A stretch of 64,000 bases of DNA from the human T2T-CHM13v2.0 reference genome, Homo sapiens, in NCBI RefSeq assembly GCF_009914755.1, contig NC_060942.1; one strand, 5' to 3'. Position numbers and translations under genes: made by a program. Under the pieces are notes generated by a model, which was not told where the DNA came from, searched no databases, and saw nothing but the letters and a program-made list of their open reading frames with translations. This document shows positions 1 to 18,013 of the stretch, one piece after another. Numbering within the stretch: position 1 is the stretch's first letter; each line of letters opens with the position of its first letter.

Positions 1-8
1 ATTGATTG

Positions 9-210
9 GGCCAGGCGAGGTGGCTCATGCCTGTATTCCCAGCATTTTGGGAGGCTGAGGCAGGCAGATCACGAGGTCAAGACATCGAGACCATCCTGGC
101 CAACATGGTGAAACCGCATCTCTACTAAAAATACAAAAAAAATTGCTGGGCATGGTGGCATGCGCCTATAGTCCCAGCTACTCAGGAGGCTGAGGCAGAA
201 AAAAAAAAAA
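9..210 (+). mobile_element. AluSc-like SINE, right arm 3'-truncated, followed by A-run
   Basis: GGCCAGGCG start, GATCACGAGGTCAAGA (Sc-type), middle A-rich linker, breaks off at GAGGCAG then A12; ATTGATT at 1-7 recurs at 218-224 (TSD remnant). Confidence 0.9.
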
Positions 211-2502
211 GAAATTAATTGATTAAAATATTTATTCTCTAGAAGATGTTTTTATTTTTTAAAGTAAGGATTATTAAATAAAAGTAGTTATACGACAAAA
301 TGCTTAGTGATTTTTTAACTTTATCTAAAATGAAAAGGCATTGGATGTTCTACTCCTGCCCAAGATTTTACAGATTTTTAAAATAAATACATCTTCAGTC
401 ATTCATCAAGAACTTTTTGAGCAAAGCTATGCACAATGCAAAGCAACTAAGATCTAATATGTGTTCCAAGTGACTGTTTAAAATAAATAACACTCACCCT
501 CCTTTCTAGGAAACTAAATATTCTCTAAATCACTGTCAGAAACAATTAACTAACTTCCCATTTCCCGTCATTCCCTATTGGTTTCTAAATGCCTTAGAGA
601 ACACTAAACAAACATTCCTGTTCTCTCTCAAGCAGAAAACATTTCATGAATCTGGGTGGATATATCTTATTAGTCGCCTTGGGAAACAGAGAAAGGCACA
701 CGTATTAAAAGAAAAAGTTGACTTTGCCAAGGTGGAAACTCTTTTTCCTCCAAAGTTATCTGAAAGACCTTTGAGTTTTATAAGAAATGAAATGAATCAC
801 TAAAGTCCTATTCCAAAGGTCTGCTGCCTTCTGAAGGCACAAATAAAGCTGAATTTCTCTCCAACCATAAGGAAAGAAAAGATATGGTACATACATTTGC
901 ATTACATGTATTCGCTGACCTATCAGTAAATAATATTTATATTTATATAGTTGTGATGGACAAATATTTCTTCTTCTTAATAAGTAACTGCAGTACTGCT
1001 CTTAGCCTCAATAAGCAAATGAGTTATCCCTAGGGAACAGTTTAGCTGCATTGTATTTGAAAACTTCAACCAATAGATAGTCTTGGGGCCTCATTTCTAC
1101 AAATCAGTACAAAATTGGTGCCCCCACTTTCTTGTCTTTGAAACAAGTAGGTGGTAGAGGAGCAGTTTAAGTGATTTCCACTCTTCCTTTTAGTTCTGAC
1201 ATTGTCTTAACTAGTGGGAAGGCTGGTCAGCTTTATTCATGCTATTTTTCTGCCTCTGTTCTCCCTCAAATGGGAAATCAACTAATAAATGAAACTTGAC
1301 CTAGATAAAATGAGGAGTGCAATGGAGTTCATAGAGTAATCTCTAGGGTATTTTAAAAAAATACAGGCTGTAAGAAACTGGGGTTATGTAAAAATATTGT
1401 GTTACGTCGTTCTTCTGAGGTTAATGAGTGAATTGGGTTTCTAGAAGTGTTCATGACTCAGTCTTTGCTTAGAGTTATTGGCTTGCTATATTTCTATCAA
1501 TCACATATTGTAGTTTTTATATAGAAGAAAATTCCTCATTTCCATTTTTATAATATTTTCCCAGTTATTCTGTAGCAATTATTTATATGTATTGACATTA
1601 ATTATTATAAAGTACCTTGAGATTTGACTCTGCTGTGTAATGGTATGCTATTTGTATAATGAATTCTGACTATTTCATCATGTAACAACAAGTGCCTTGC
1701 TAGCATGTATTTGATTCTCACTCGATACTCTGAATTGCAGAGCAGGGGCACGTCATGGACAAAAGCAGGTTTCTTTGCTTTCAGAGATCTTGGCAGAGCT
1801 AAATGTCATGCCACTAAGCCAATTTGTTTTGTTTCACATAGGTGTCCTAAAGCCAGTGCCTGAACTGGACAAAAGTGCTCATCTGAAATGAGAGTATTTC
1901 ACTGGCGGACCAGTTGCTATTGTATTTGTTAAAGGGTTTTTGCTGCCTTAAGTGTCAGGCAGTTCCAAAAAGCATTTATTTTGCTCCACTTAAAATATAA
2001 GAATTATGAATTATAGATGGAAATCCTATACCTGTTCACTGTATTCATTTTGAACACAACAGAAATTGTCCCTTAGGGATTGGTGATATATTCCGTCTTG
2101 AGGAAGGGCCCTCTCACTCCTGTCTAGTACATTAGGCACTTTCCTATTCTCCCTATGTGGTACTAAGGATGGATTTTGCTAAAGAGGGGACCTACCTATG
2201 TAAAGCCATTTTTACTTCTGTCAAAGTCAAGAGCCATATCATGATGTTTGTTTGCAGCCAGGATCACAGGAGCCAGCTGAAAACTTGGGGATAGAAGACT
2301 GGGCATGCAGACAATTTTTGTTTTTGGAGATGCTGATGAGGAGCAATGGCGTTAAAGAGTAGGATTAGGAAAAAAGAAAATTCAGTGGCGTAATCAGAAT
2401 TCATGTGAAATATGAAAGTTTTCAAAATAAGAGACCAAATTTCAAAAGACTAACAAATGCATGTACATTCTATTAAACTTACAATCACAATAATGTAGAT
2501 TT

Positions 2503-7020
<4,518 letters not shown>

Positions 7021-8007
7021 CCAAGCTGGCTCTCTAGATTCCTCGTCTCTGGGCAGGGCATCTCTGAAAAAAAAGCAGCAGCCCCAGTCAGGGACTTATA
7101 GGTAAAAACCCCATCTCCCTGGGACAGAGCACCTGGGGGAAGGGGCAGCTATGGGCACAGCTTCAGCAGACCTAAACGTCCCTGCCTGACAGTTCTGAAG
7201 AGAGAAGTGGATTTCTCAGCACAGTGTTTGAGCTCTGATAAGGGACATACTGCCTCCTCAAGTGGGTCTCCATCCAGCCCATGTATCCTGACTGGGAGAC
7301 ACCTCCCAGTTGGAGCTGACAGACACCTCATATAGGCAAGCTCTGGCTGGCGGGTGCCTCTCTGGGACGAAGCTTCCAGAGGAAGGTACAGGCAGCAAAC
7401 TTTGCTGTCCTGCAGCCTCCACTGGTGATACCCAGGCAAACATGGTCTGGAGTGGACATCCAACAAACTCCAGCAGACCTGCCACAGAGGGGCCTGACTG
7501 TTTGTTAGAAGGAAAACTAACAAACAGAAAGGAATAGTATCAACATCAACAAAAAGGATGTCCACGAAGAGACTCCATCCGAAGGTCACCAACATCAAAG
7601 AAAGACCAAAGGTAGATAAATCCACGAAGATTAGGAGAAACCACTGCAAAATGTCTGAAAATTCCAAAAACCAGAATGCCTCTTCTCCAAAGGATCACAA
7701 CTCCTCACCAGCATGGGAACAAAACTGGACAGAGAATGAGTCTGATGAATTGACAGAAGTAGGCTTCAGAAGGTGGGTAATAAGAAACTCCTCCAAGCTA
7801 AAGGAGCATGTTCTAACCCAATGCAAGGAAGCTCTAACCCAATGCACGGAAGTTAAGAACCTTGAGAAAAGGTTAGATGAATTGCTATCTAGAATAACCA
7901 GTTTAGAGAAGAACATAAATTACCTGATGGAGCTGAAAAACACAGCACAAGAACCTCGTGAAGCATACACAAGTATCAATAGCTGAATTGATCAAGTGGT
8001 TGAAAGT
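7021..8007 (+). mobile_element. Inverted 5' segment of the same L1 (partial 5'UTR plus N-terminal ORF1)
   Basis: ORF 7558-7986 gives ORF1 coiled coil (ELTEVGFRRWVI…LEKNINYLMELKNTAQE); ends at the L1 position where the minus-strand piece resumes; both pieces lie inside one TSD. Confidence 0.92.
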
Positions 8008-10401
8008 ATAATGTAGATTTTATTTCAAAAATGCAGAAAAAGAAAAGGAAAAATTGAAAGAAGGGAGTAAAAAAGGAAATAAAACATCATAAACATATTG
8101 TCCCTTTAATGGCTAAACCAGTGTTTAAAATGTAATGTGCATTAATTGCAATCCATATTCAATAGAGAGAATTATTTAAGGCAGATTTTTGAGGAAAATT
8201 GTGAAATTTCTTTCCCTGGATGAATATTTTTAATGTGGCATTTATAGACCCTTTAATGAAAAGCTAGCCCATTGGAGATAAAGGAGGAACCTAGAGAAAT
8301 AGCCACAGGAACATCATTTGTGAGACGCACAATTCACAGAGGAACACAGAAGCCAAAGCATTTTCACTTCCCCAGAATTTCTTCTGTGAAATTACAAACT
8401 CTTTCTGATGAATAATTTTCTCCAATCCAACGATTATCTTGAGAATCCTTTGTGAAAGAGCCTGCCTTTTCCTCCTAAGCAATGCCTGCAATCTAACATT
8501 TCACAAGCATCCTCTGAGACCTGTGGTTGGAAGGAATTGCTATCAAGGAGGCCCACATTAAGGTAAACTTTCTTATGGGAACAAAGAGTGAGGAGAGGAC
8601 TTGATGTCATCTCTTTCAGGCCAGTGCCACAAAGATGCCCAAAGTTGGGTCTTGGCTAAAAATTGACCATCGGTCATAGTCTCCTTTAGATTAAATGAGT
8701 CAAAAGTCAAACCTGAGTAATTTTCATTGTCTCTAGAACCACACTCACAAAAATCTCATTACATGACACTGTTTGAATACAAGCACACAAGTGTTTCTCT
8801 CCCCTTTACAGTCTTAAAAGAAATTTAGTGCCTTGTATAACACCTACCTAAAGCCTCGCATCTGAAAGCCAACATCACCAAGGATTTGCCTTAATGGTTT
8901 ACTTGCAGCCCTACACTTTATCCTTAATACTGTGCATTCATTTGCTCTTTTTCTTCTTCTTTGGTAAGAAAGATTTCCTAGCCTGGAAATAAGGCACTTC
9001 TCTTCAAACTCCTTGGGATTCTCTCATTTGCTGCCTTGATTCATTTCCTTTGTTCAAAGAAATCTTTTATCAAGTCTCTGCCTGTATTTTGGCTCTGATT
9101 GCTATATGGCTACATCCTGTGCTCAGCCAACCTTGTATCTATCTTTCTACCTTCATCTCTGAATGGGATAAGCCTGGAGGCTGCTCAATGACCCAGAAGA
9201 CCTCTAACCCCTTCTGAATATAGAAGAATGAGTATAGATACCCTCTGAAGACACATTTCACTTCTGCATAACTTTAATTCTATGTCTTGATCTTTTGTAT
9301 CTTAAATCTCTATTCCCTTCAGAATTATCAGATTTTCTATTTCCTCTGCCCTTTGATGACCTCCTTGAGCCTCCGGGAGACTTGTCTCAAAATTATCTCA
9401 CTAATTATCTTGAAATATTTCCTGGTTAAAAATTCTCTTTCAAAAGCAAGATATTATCTTATATCACTGCATTTTGTTTTGATTTATCTGACAAAACTTT
9501 ATTAAGAAATAAGTCATCAGAAAAAATATTTTATTAATACTTAAACCTACTATGCAGCTCGTTTTGCTTGCAGTTTAACCTGGACCTGTTAACTTTGAAT
9601 ATGAATGAATAGTTCAAGTTCAATCACTGTGTCATTAACAAGGAAAACTTCCTTGAAAATATTTTATTCTGTCTTAACTGTGTTCTCTGGAAAAAAAAAA
9701 AAAAAGGTGTATTTCCATATACAAAGCTTTTCAAATGCCCATAGGCACTCACAGTAACCGTGCAGAACCTCTTCAACTACCGTAATCTGCCTGAAAATTA
9801 CAAGGTTTACTATCAAAGAGGAAAAATTGCAATTCCGCATTCAGGCAACTTGTTCTGGCAGAGTCATCTCTCATATAACTTTTTAGCTAGATGTGCCTCC
9901 ATTTTGTTATGGAAGATAATGATAGTGGTTATTATTTGTATCATTTTATTAGCAATGCCTCTGAGCATCCTGTAACTCTGATTTGTTTGACAGTTGACAT
10001 GGCATGTTTAAATCACAGAAAAATTGGCTGGTAGAAAATAATGCAGCTGTAACAGGGTTTGGTACATTGAATTTCACTGACATTGCTACTTATGAAAGGA
10101 GAAATAACTCTTTTTTCTCGCTTCATCACTTATGATTAGAGGGCCCAGACAGTTCAAGCAATATAGTCAGTGCTCAATATATTTTACTATTCTTTCTCAA
10201 AGATAAATTCCTGTCCTGCTGGATCTATTTCTATTGTTTAAAGGGGAAGTGCTGTCATGTTCCGTAAGTATATGAAGGTAGACGAATGACAATGTTCATA
10301 ACTTGGAGAAGAGACTGACCACATCCTATCACATCTCTCTGAATGGATGCAGGGACTGTTCCAGTGACTTAAGGAAAACAGACTTTGTCCAGGAATAATG
10401 A

Positions 10402-10722
<321 letters not shown>

Positions 10723-12289
10723 TAGATGTCATATATCTTTTCAATGCTGATTACATGCCCAGTGTGCTCATTTTTGTTACTGATGCTTGTAGTGTAACCC
10801 TTAATGACCCACCTCCCAAGCAACTGATTGGTTGTAGGTGCTTTTCATCCCTTTGGAAAGTTGTCCATGAATCCTGGAAGCCAGTCCACCATTTTTAATA
10901 TGTGCTATAGGTGTGCTTGCTAGAGAATACTGGAAACATTCCTGATTCCCTAACTTCATTCTGCCACATGAGTTCTAAGCGTTAAAGCTAGACTGCAAGA
11001 CTAGATGTAAAGGTATAAAAATCTGCAAAACCACTTTTTAGAGAAATCATAATTCTAATTTGTGCCTTTCAATAGTCATTTCTCAGGAGTTCTTATTTAT
11101 TTCAGAGTACTAGGCCACAAAGAAATGTCAGAACCAGTGCTGAGTACAACTCAATTAATTTTAAAAATGAAGAAACTAACTAACATTTAGATTGATAGAA
11201 AGTAAAATATCTATGGTCCTTTCTAAGAAAATAAGATGGCAGGGATGGGAAATGAGTCCCAGATTCCCAATGCAGTATTGATTTTATTACTTCAGCTAGT
11301 ATCCAAATTGAGCTCCATTTTGTTTTTGTTAGGGGTTGAGGAGGGGGAGAGAGAGGCAGAGACAGAAGAAGGAGGAGAGGAGGAAAAGAAGAAACAGGTA
11401 GAATGAATGTCAATAGATAAGTAGAGATAAATAAATAATAGTACTTAAAATTATTTGGAATATTAGAATAATTCTTAAAATCCTCAGTATATCAGGCATA
11501 AGATAGTAAATTTCAGTAATCTGAGATGGCCTCCTTGATGAGCATAGGCAGCTGAACTGGGCTAATCTACATTATGCTCATACATTTGACTAACTTTTCT
11601 GTTACTCAGACCTACAATAATTTATTTTGTTGCATTAGTACACAAGCCACATAATGACTGTAAAAGCTAGAAAAATGATTGTCTATGAAGTATAAATATT
11701 AATTATTTTATATTAAGAATGTATCTAGTTGCTGGGATGACATTAGTTGATTTGTACACATCACCTCTGATGTTCTCAACATTCACATGATGTGCAATAT
11801 GGATACTCAGCTACACAGCCCCTGGGAGGTGGAGTGGAGCATGAAAGCATGTAGGATTCCATTGGTTGGGACGCACGTTCCACTATGGAGTCTTCCTTGA
11901 CACATAGGCTCAGCACAGGTCATGATTTCATTCTACAAGAGATGGCCCTTCTCACCCCAGCAAAGCCCACATAGGGACTTAAAAAGGTCTGTATTGCCCA
12001 AGCCCCTCTCTCCACCCTCCCATGCATACACACTCCACACATACTACATTATGGGGAGGATCTGCTACTTTATATGGCCCCAAAACTATGAAGTCTTTGA
12101 TAATTGAGGCAGAGACAACTTGAAGCAAGAGCATTCATTTACTGAAATTCTGGTGCCAAGAGTATGCTTCCTTGTGATTTCTGGCTGCATCTGTTTCCCC
12201 ACTGCAAGCACAACCCAAGGAAACAGACCTTGAAGGAAACTAGTATTCAAGATAGTTGACAGCTTAATTGCAACTGCTAACAATAACGA

Positions 12290-12480
12290 GCCTTTAATGA
12301 ATCTTTAATGCACCTGCCTATAGGACAGGCATGATTCTGAAGGCTTATTACATCTCATTTGATCCTCTAAACAACTTTGTAAGGTAGCTATTAGTCTTAA
12401 CCCCATTTTAGGCACAAGGAAACTGAGACACAGAGAATTTAAGTAGCTTAAGTCTACATAGCAAGTAAGTAATGCATCTT
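12290..12480 (-). mobile_element. MIR (approximate bounds)
   Basis: Core-like CCCATTTTAGGCACAAGGAAACTGAGACACAGAGAATTTAAGT. Confidence 0.75.
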
Positions 12481-13970
12481 TTCCCTGCTCTCCTGGGTTC
12501 TCAAATTTTAGAAACTCATTTGTGCCTCTTAGTTTATGTCTAACTTGTTTAATAAGAAAAAGACTAATAAAACGACTAAATCATTAAATTAAATCATTAG
12601 AAGAAAAAATCAAGAAACATCTTAAAATAATTCTGAATTGAAGAATATATTTTCTCATCAGATTTCTTCACTCACATTTTAATGAGGAAAGGTAAGAACC
12701 TTAACTATTCTATAGTAAAGAGGACCAATTTGGTAGCAACAAAAAGTAAAGTGCGGTTGCAGCAGTTTATGCTGTTAATGTTCTCTCGGCTTGCAAGTAA
12801 AAACTTTAAGAATAAAACAGCTGAAAATGACATTCTGGAGGCTACTATGGCTACTTTAAATGAAAAATTTTACTGCACCAGTGATGTTTAGTTTGGGACA
12901 CAAGATTTGGAAGTCAACCTATGCTCTGAAGTGCTACAATAACAAAAGGATACAATTTTTTTTAAAGAAGATTTGATGATAGATGGAGCAGAGAATTGGC
13001 ATTTTTTTACTAGTTATTTTCTTCTAATTACATTAATGCCAAAGCTGCCTAAAACAAAATCTGATACAATGCAGTATAAGTGGATTATGTCCTTCATAGA
13101 AGGGAAGTAGAATCAGTTGTGCTGTTTCTATACTAATTTCATCAAATAATAAGCATGTCTGAAGAGCCAAAGAACCATTCTCTGATCTAATGGCAACAAG
13201 GCAAAATCTCGTTTTCTTTTATTTTCATGGTACCCTTAAGATCCTTCTTTTGTTTTTATTTGAACTATTTCTCTCAAGCCATCTCTTCTTTCCTATTTTC
13301 AGATATCTCTGGCTAGAGTTTTTGTTTGATTTTATGTTTTTTATAGCTCCTCTTTAAATGCCACTCCTCTCCCCCACTCAACTGGAGGCATGCCCCGCCA
13401 TCCCTTTGGAATTATTAAATTCTTTTTCCTTTAGTGTTTCTCTCTTATTGTCTTCCTATGATTCCTGTTCATTTCATAATGTCTTACCTCATGATTTTCA
13501 AATAAGTTCTTCCTGCATTGCTCCTGACACATGGTAAATAGCATGCTTTTTAAAAGGGCTAATGTTTACTTATTCTGATAGAAAAAGAAAATTAGCAGAC
13601 TGACAAATGTATTAGCTGTGACATTAACTACATGCTTCTTAGACTTAAAGATGAAATACTTAGAGCTTTCAACAAGTTTTGATTCTAAGAAAATCATTAC
13701 TTTCCTCAAACCGATTGATGAAGTAAAGTCATTCTCTTGTCAGCTTTTAAAAAAAATACCTCAAATAATTTTACTGTGGATTTCACAAGAAAGGACTGCA
13801 TAATTAGTGATGAATTTATCTTTACTTACCGCAAGTAATTACTTTAGAATATGGTAATGTGAGGCATTGCTCTAATTTTTAAAAATGAGAAACTTCTACT
13901 TTGAAAGCTTTGAGATTAGGATCAAGGAAGAAGCTCTTTCCCCACTCAAATTCCTGTGTGTGAATTTGCT

Positions 13971-14205
13971 TTTTTTTTTAAATTTATTTTATTTTAGGTT
14001 CTGGGGTACATGTGCAGGACATGCAGGTTTGTTACATAGTTAAACGTGTGCCATGGTGGTTTGCTGCACCTATCAACCCATCACCTAGGTATTAAGCCCT
14101 GCATGCATTAGCTATTTTTCCTGATGCTCTTCCTCCCTTCACCCTACCCACCGACAGGCCCCAGTGTGTGCAGTGTGTGTTGTTCCCCTCCCTGTGGATT
14201 TTCAT
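13971..14205 (-). mobile_element. Short L1PA 3'UTR fragment (L1PA10-13-like)
   Basis: T-rich tail then GGGGTACATGTGCAGGACATGCAGGTTTGTTACATAG…CCTAGGTATTAAGCCC. Confidence 0.85.
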
Positions 14206-15934
14206 GGGCAACACCATCAGTCTGTGCCTTAGTTTGCCTCCCAATAAGGCACACAGAGCTATGCTTGCAGCAGTTTTACATGGGTCTAGGGCAAAACATA
14301 TTATGCAGTAATAGTCTCCATGGGGTTGCAGAGCATTTTGCAATATTTTTATAGTAAGCAGTAATTAGAAAGCCATTCTGTTGTCATAACGACTGAAATT
14401 CTGCTTACCTGAAAACAGATTCATTTCCTCAATTTTTTTTCCTTCCACCTGCTGAGTTAAAAATGTAACTTACAAGACTCTAGGGTATTTATGGTGTTTC
14501 TTACAATTTCATCATCACCTTATAATAGAGTGCTTCCATTTTTTAATGCTTTATCTATAGACGTGAATAACCGTGAGATCTTTACACATTTCATGGAGGC
14601 TGCAATCACTACACTTTGCAAATCACAAATGTAGACATGTAAGTGATTTGGCTTAGTCCACTTTCAGGTTAAATAGAAAATGTTTGATAGAGTATTGGGC
14701 TTATTGCATTATAGATCTGACATAAATTTTACAAAGGGCTAAGATAGGGTGTGTGGGTTTTTTTCTTCTTTACTAGTTAAAATTCCTTTTAGTGATCAGC
14801 TGCACTTTAAATGAACCTGGGTTAGGAGACCATTTGTCTTCTAGAGATGTAATTCTAAAGGGAAAGAAAATGTGATCTCTTAAATAGTGACCTTTATATC
14901 ATAATACTCTTTTATAACATTAGCCCCCTGGACCTCTTGCAACTTTGTAAAACTCCATAAGCACTATATTTTCCTTCATTTACACATTGCATTTTACACA
15001 CATATATTTATAAAAGCAAAACTCCAGAGCATTCTGATCTTTTCCATCTTCAAGGGATCAATATGTCAGTGGACATGACAAGTCCAAAACTCACTTCATT
15101 GTACTGCGAAATTGAGTTTGATTTTCCCCGTGCAAATTGTGGCATGTGCTTTAATTTGTCTGAGGACTGAAGACAAGGAGGGGGTGGAGGTGGCTGACAG
15201 TGGACAGAAAAGGCGTTTGATTTATATTTTATGGATGGTTGGGAAATCATGTATTCCTGCTGTAACCTGATCTTTTTGGCAGGCCTTATTTCAGTAAATC
15301 TGCTATCACACAAAACTGCCAATAAATTACTATAATGCCTTAATACAATTGCTTTCCCTGAGCCACTCGTAGGCTGCCATTGCGGGTATTCATCAAGAAT
15401 ACCACACGAGTGTTCCATTCTGCTAAAATCAGCCACAGGCAGAGGTCATGGGAGATCAGACATCCTTTAGAAGGTGACACAAGACGGTCATTTTAAAGGC
15501 CAGTCAGATAGAATAAATCATTGGCACAGCTAAATAGGAGAGATGTGTTGATTTGCTGTTATTGAAGCCAATACTTCCAATCAATGCTATAGTGGAAAAT
15601 TACACTACATCTAAGTTTCATCTCATGTGAAAGCTATCGGTGTGGCTTTTTGGTAGACATCTCCTTGAAATTTTCCTGTCCTCACTCCTAACAGAATTAG
15701 GATGATTCGATTTGGTCTGGTCATCCTAAATTACCATTGGTAAAATGTAATTAAGGCAAATTTAAGTATCAATAATGTTTGTGACTCTGGAACCTACCTA
15801 CTTGGTGGCTTAATAAATTAGTATTTCCTCTGAGGTTTTAGAAAATAAATATTAATAGGAAAAGAGCTCTGTTAATTGCCCAGAGGAGAGAGAAATAATT
15901 TCTAGAAGAGTCATTATGCGTAAGCCAAGTAATT

Positions 15935-16015
15935 GATGCCCTATTTATAAGTGACAAAGCAGAGGCCTAAAAACGTTAGGTAGCTTGCCCAAGGTCAACA
16001 ATTGAGGTGACAGCC
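15935..16015 (-). mobile_element. MIR fragment
   Basis: CCTATTTATAAGTGACAAAGCAGAGGCCT…GTTAGGTAGCTTGCCCAAGGTCA. Confidence 0.6.
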
Positions 16016-17696
16016 AAATGTAAAGAATTTGGAGAAATGTTTTTTTGTTTGTTTGTTTTTTTAACTAACTTTGAAGATAGATAGATACAGGATTTTACCT
16101 AGCTTTTTTGTGATGTTAACAGTTATTCTTAGAGTGACTTTTTCCCCCCCTAAAAGGGGTCTTCTAGGATCCTAATAATTAAATATTCTTTAGGAGGAAC
16201 TACATCAGGTAAGTTAAGTCATTTAGCTGAGTGTTTGAGTAAACATTTTATTCCTTTATGTTGGCATTACATGGAGAGGAGATGTTATAGCAAAAGTAGC
16301 AACTAGCTGGAGCACTCTGGAATAGCTGCCATCTGCCTTTAACTCACCTGTCCAGTCTGTCGAGTATCCCTCTACGGTAAGGCAGGAAGCCAGGGGCTGA
16401 CATCTGACATCTGTTGCTTTCACCATCACTGATGGCCAAGGCTTTAGAAACAAATTAAAAAAAATAAAGATGAGCATAAAGAAGTATATAAGAGTTTAAG
16501 GCATATGGGACTATTGCTTACAATGGGAGTTGGAGAGTGTGAGCATAGGTCAATGAGAGCAAAAACTGAACAGCTAGTATTTTTCAGAATTGCAAAAACT
16601 TCTTTTGGGGAGGGAGTGAATGACTGCAGTAGAAAAGTTTGAGTCCCTTTTATGAAAGGTTTGCCCAATTACAAGAAAATATCGCATCAAGAATTGTTAG
16701 ACCATATATGAAACTGAAGTTAACTATATCAACCTAATACAATGAAACTCTGAGGTTAAAGTATTCAGTGGCCATCCAGATAATCGTAAGAGAAAGTGAA
16801 AAATAATAAATAATCTATTTTCAGAACTTTGTAACCTAATAGAAGACATAATTCGAAACATGTAAGCTACAAAGAATGTACTTGGATTATACTGCAGAGT
16901 GGGTGGCCGCATGAGTGACAGAAGGAATGGTGAAGGAAAGGTGGGCAGTAGGTTGTTTTCAAGGCAGTAAATATTCCTTTTACATTTCTTATACACTTGA
17001 TGGGTCACATGGTTAACTACTGCTGTATAGATTTTGTTGTTGTTTTGAAATATTTTGAAAATAAAGCATCTTTTTAAAAATCAACTTACATAAAAGTAGT
17101 AAGGCTTATGCTTTATACTTTGTCACCTTTTTATAGTTTACAGAGGACATTTCCAAATAAATGTATATCTACCTGAGAAGTAACTTTGACCAGCATTACC
17201 AATACAGAGGTCAATATTTAGAGAGGTTGAATACCTTTCAACTTTTCCAGGGTCATGTGTCATTATTCTTAGGACCTTCATCGCCACCCTTACATATGGT
17301 GGACACTCGAATGTTGGTTGAATTGGTCAGAATATAATAAAATAATTAAGGTGAGAGCCAGAATTTGACTGCAGTTCTTCAATTTCAAGTCTAATAATGA
17401 GTTTAGACAAACCAGAGCGACTTGTAAGTTTGTAAGGATTATATATCAGGTACTAGAAAAAGATAAAGGCAGATACGATGAAATAACTTACAAATTCATG
17501 AACATTTTATAACATGTTTAATAATCTGAACTATAAATAGCATCTTATGCTAAAGCCAAATAAATTGCATAGAGTGGAAAAGACACTTGAAACCACAGCC
17601 CTCGGAAATTCAGTGGTTTATTTTTATGAAAATAAACAGACATGCAGTGGCCTCCATAAAGAAGAATAGAATTCTCTGCGTTCATAGAAAGGAGGC

Positions 17697-18013
<317 letters not shown>

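Noticed and set aside
15050-15436. 128-aa minus-strand ORF
   Set aside because: Non-ATG start, no recognisable domain; the region is better explained as non-coding regulatory sequence
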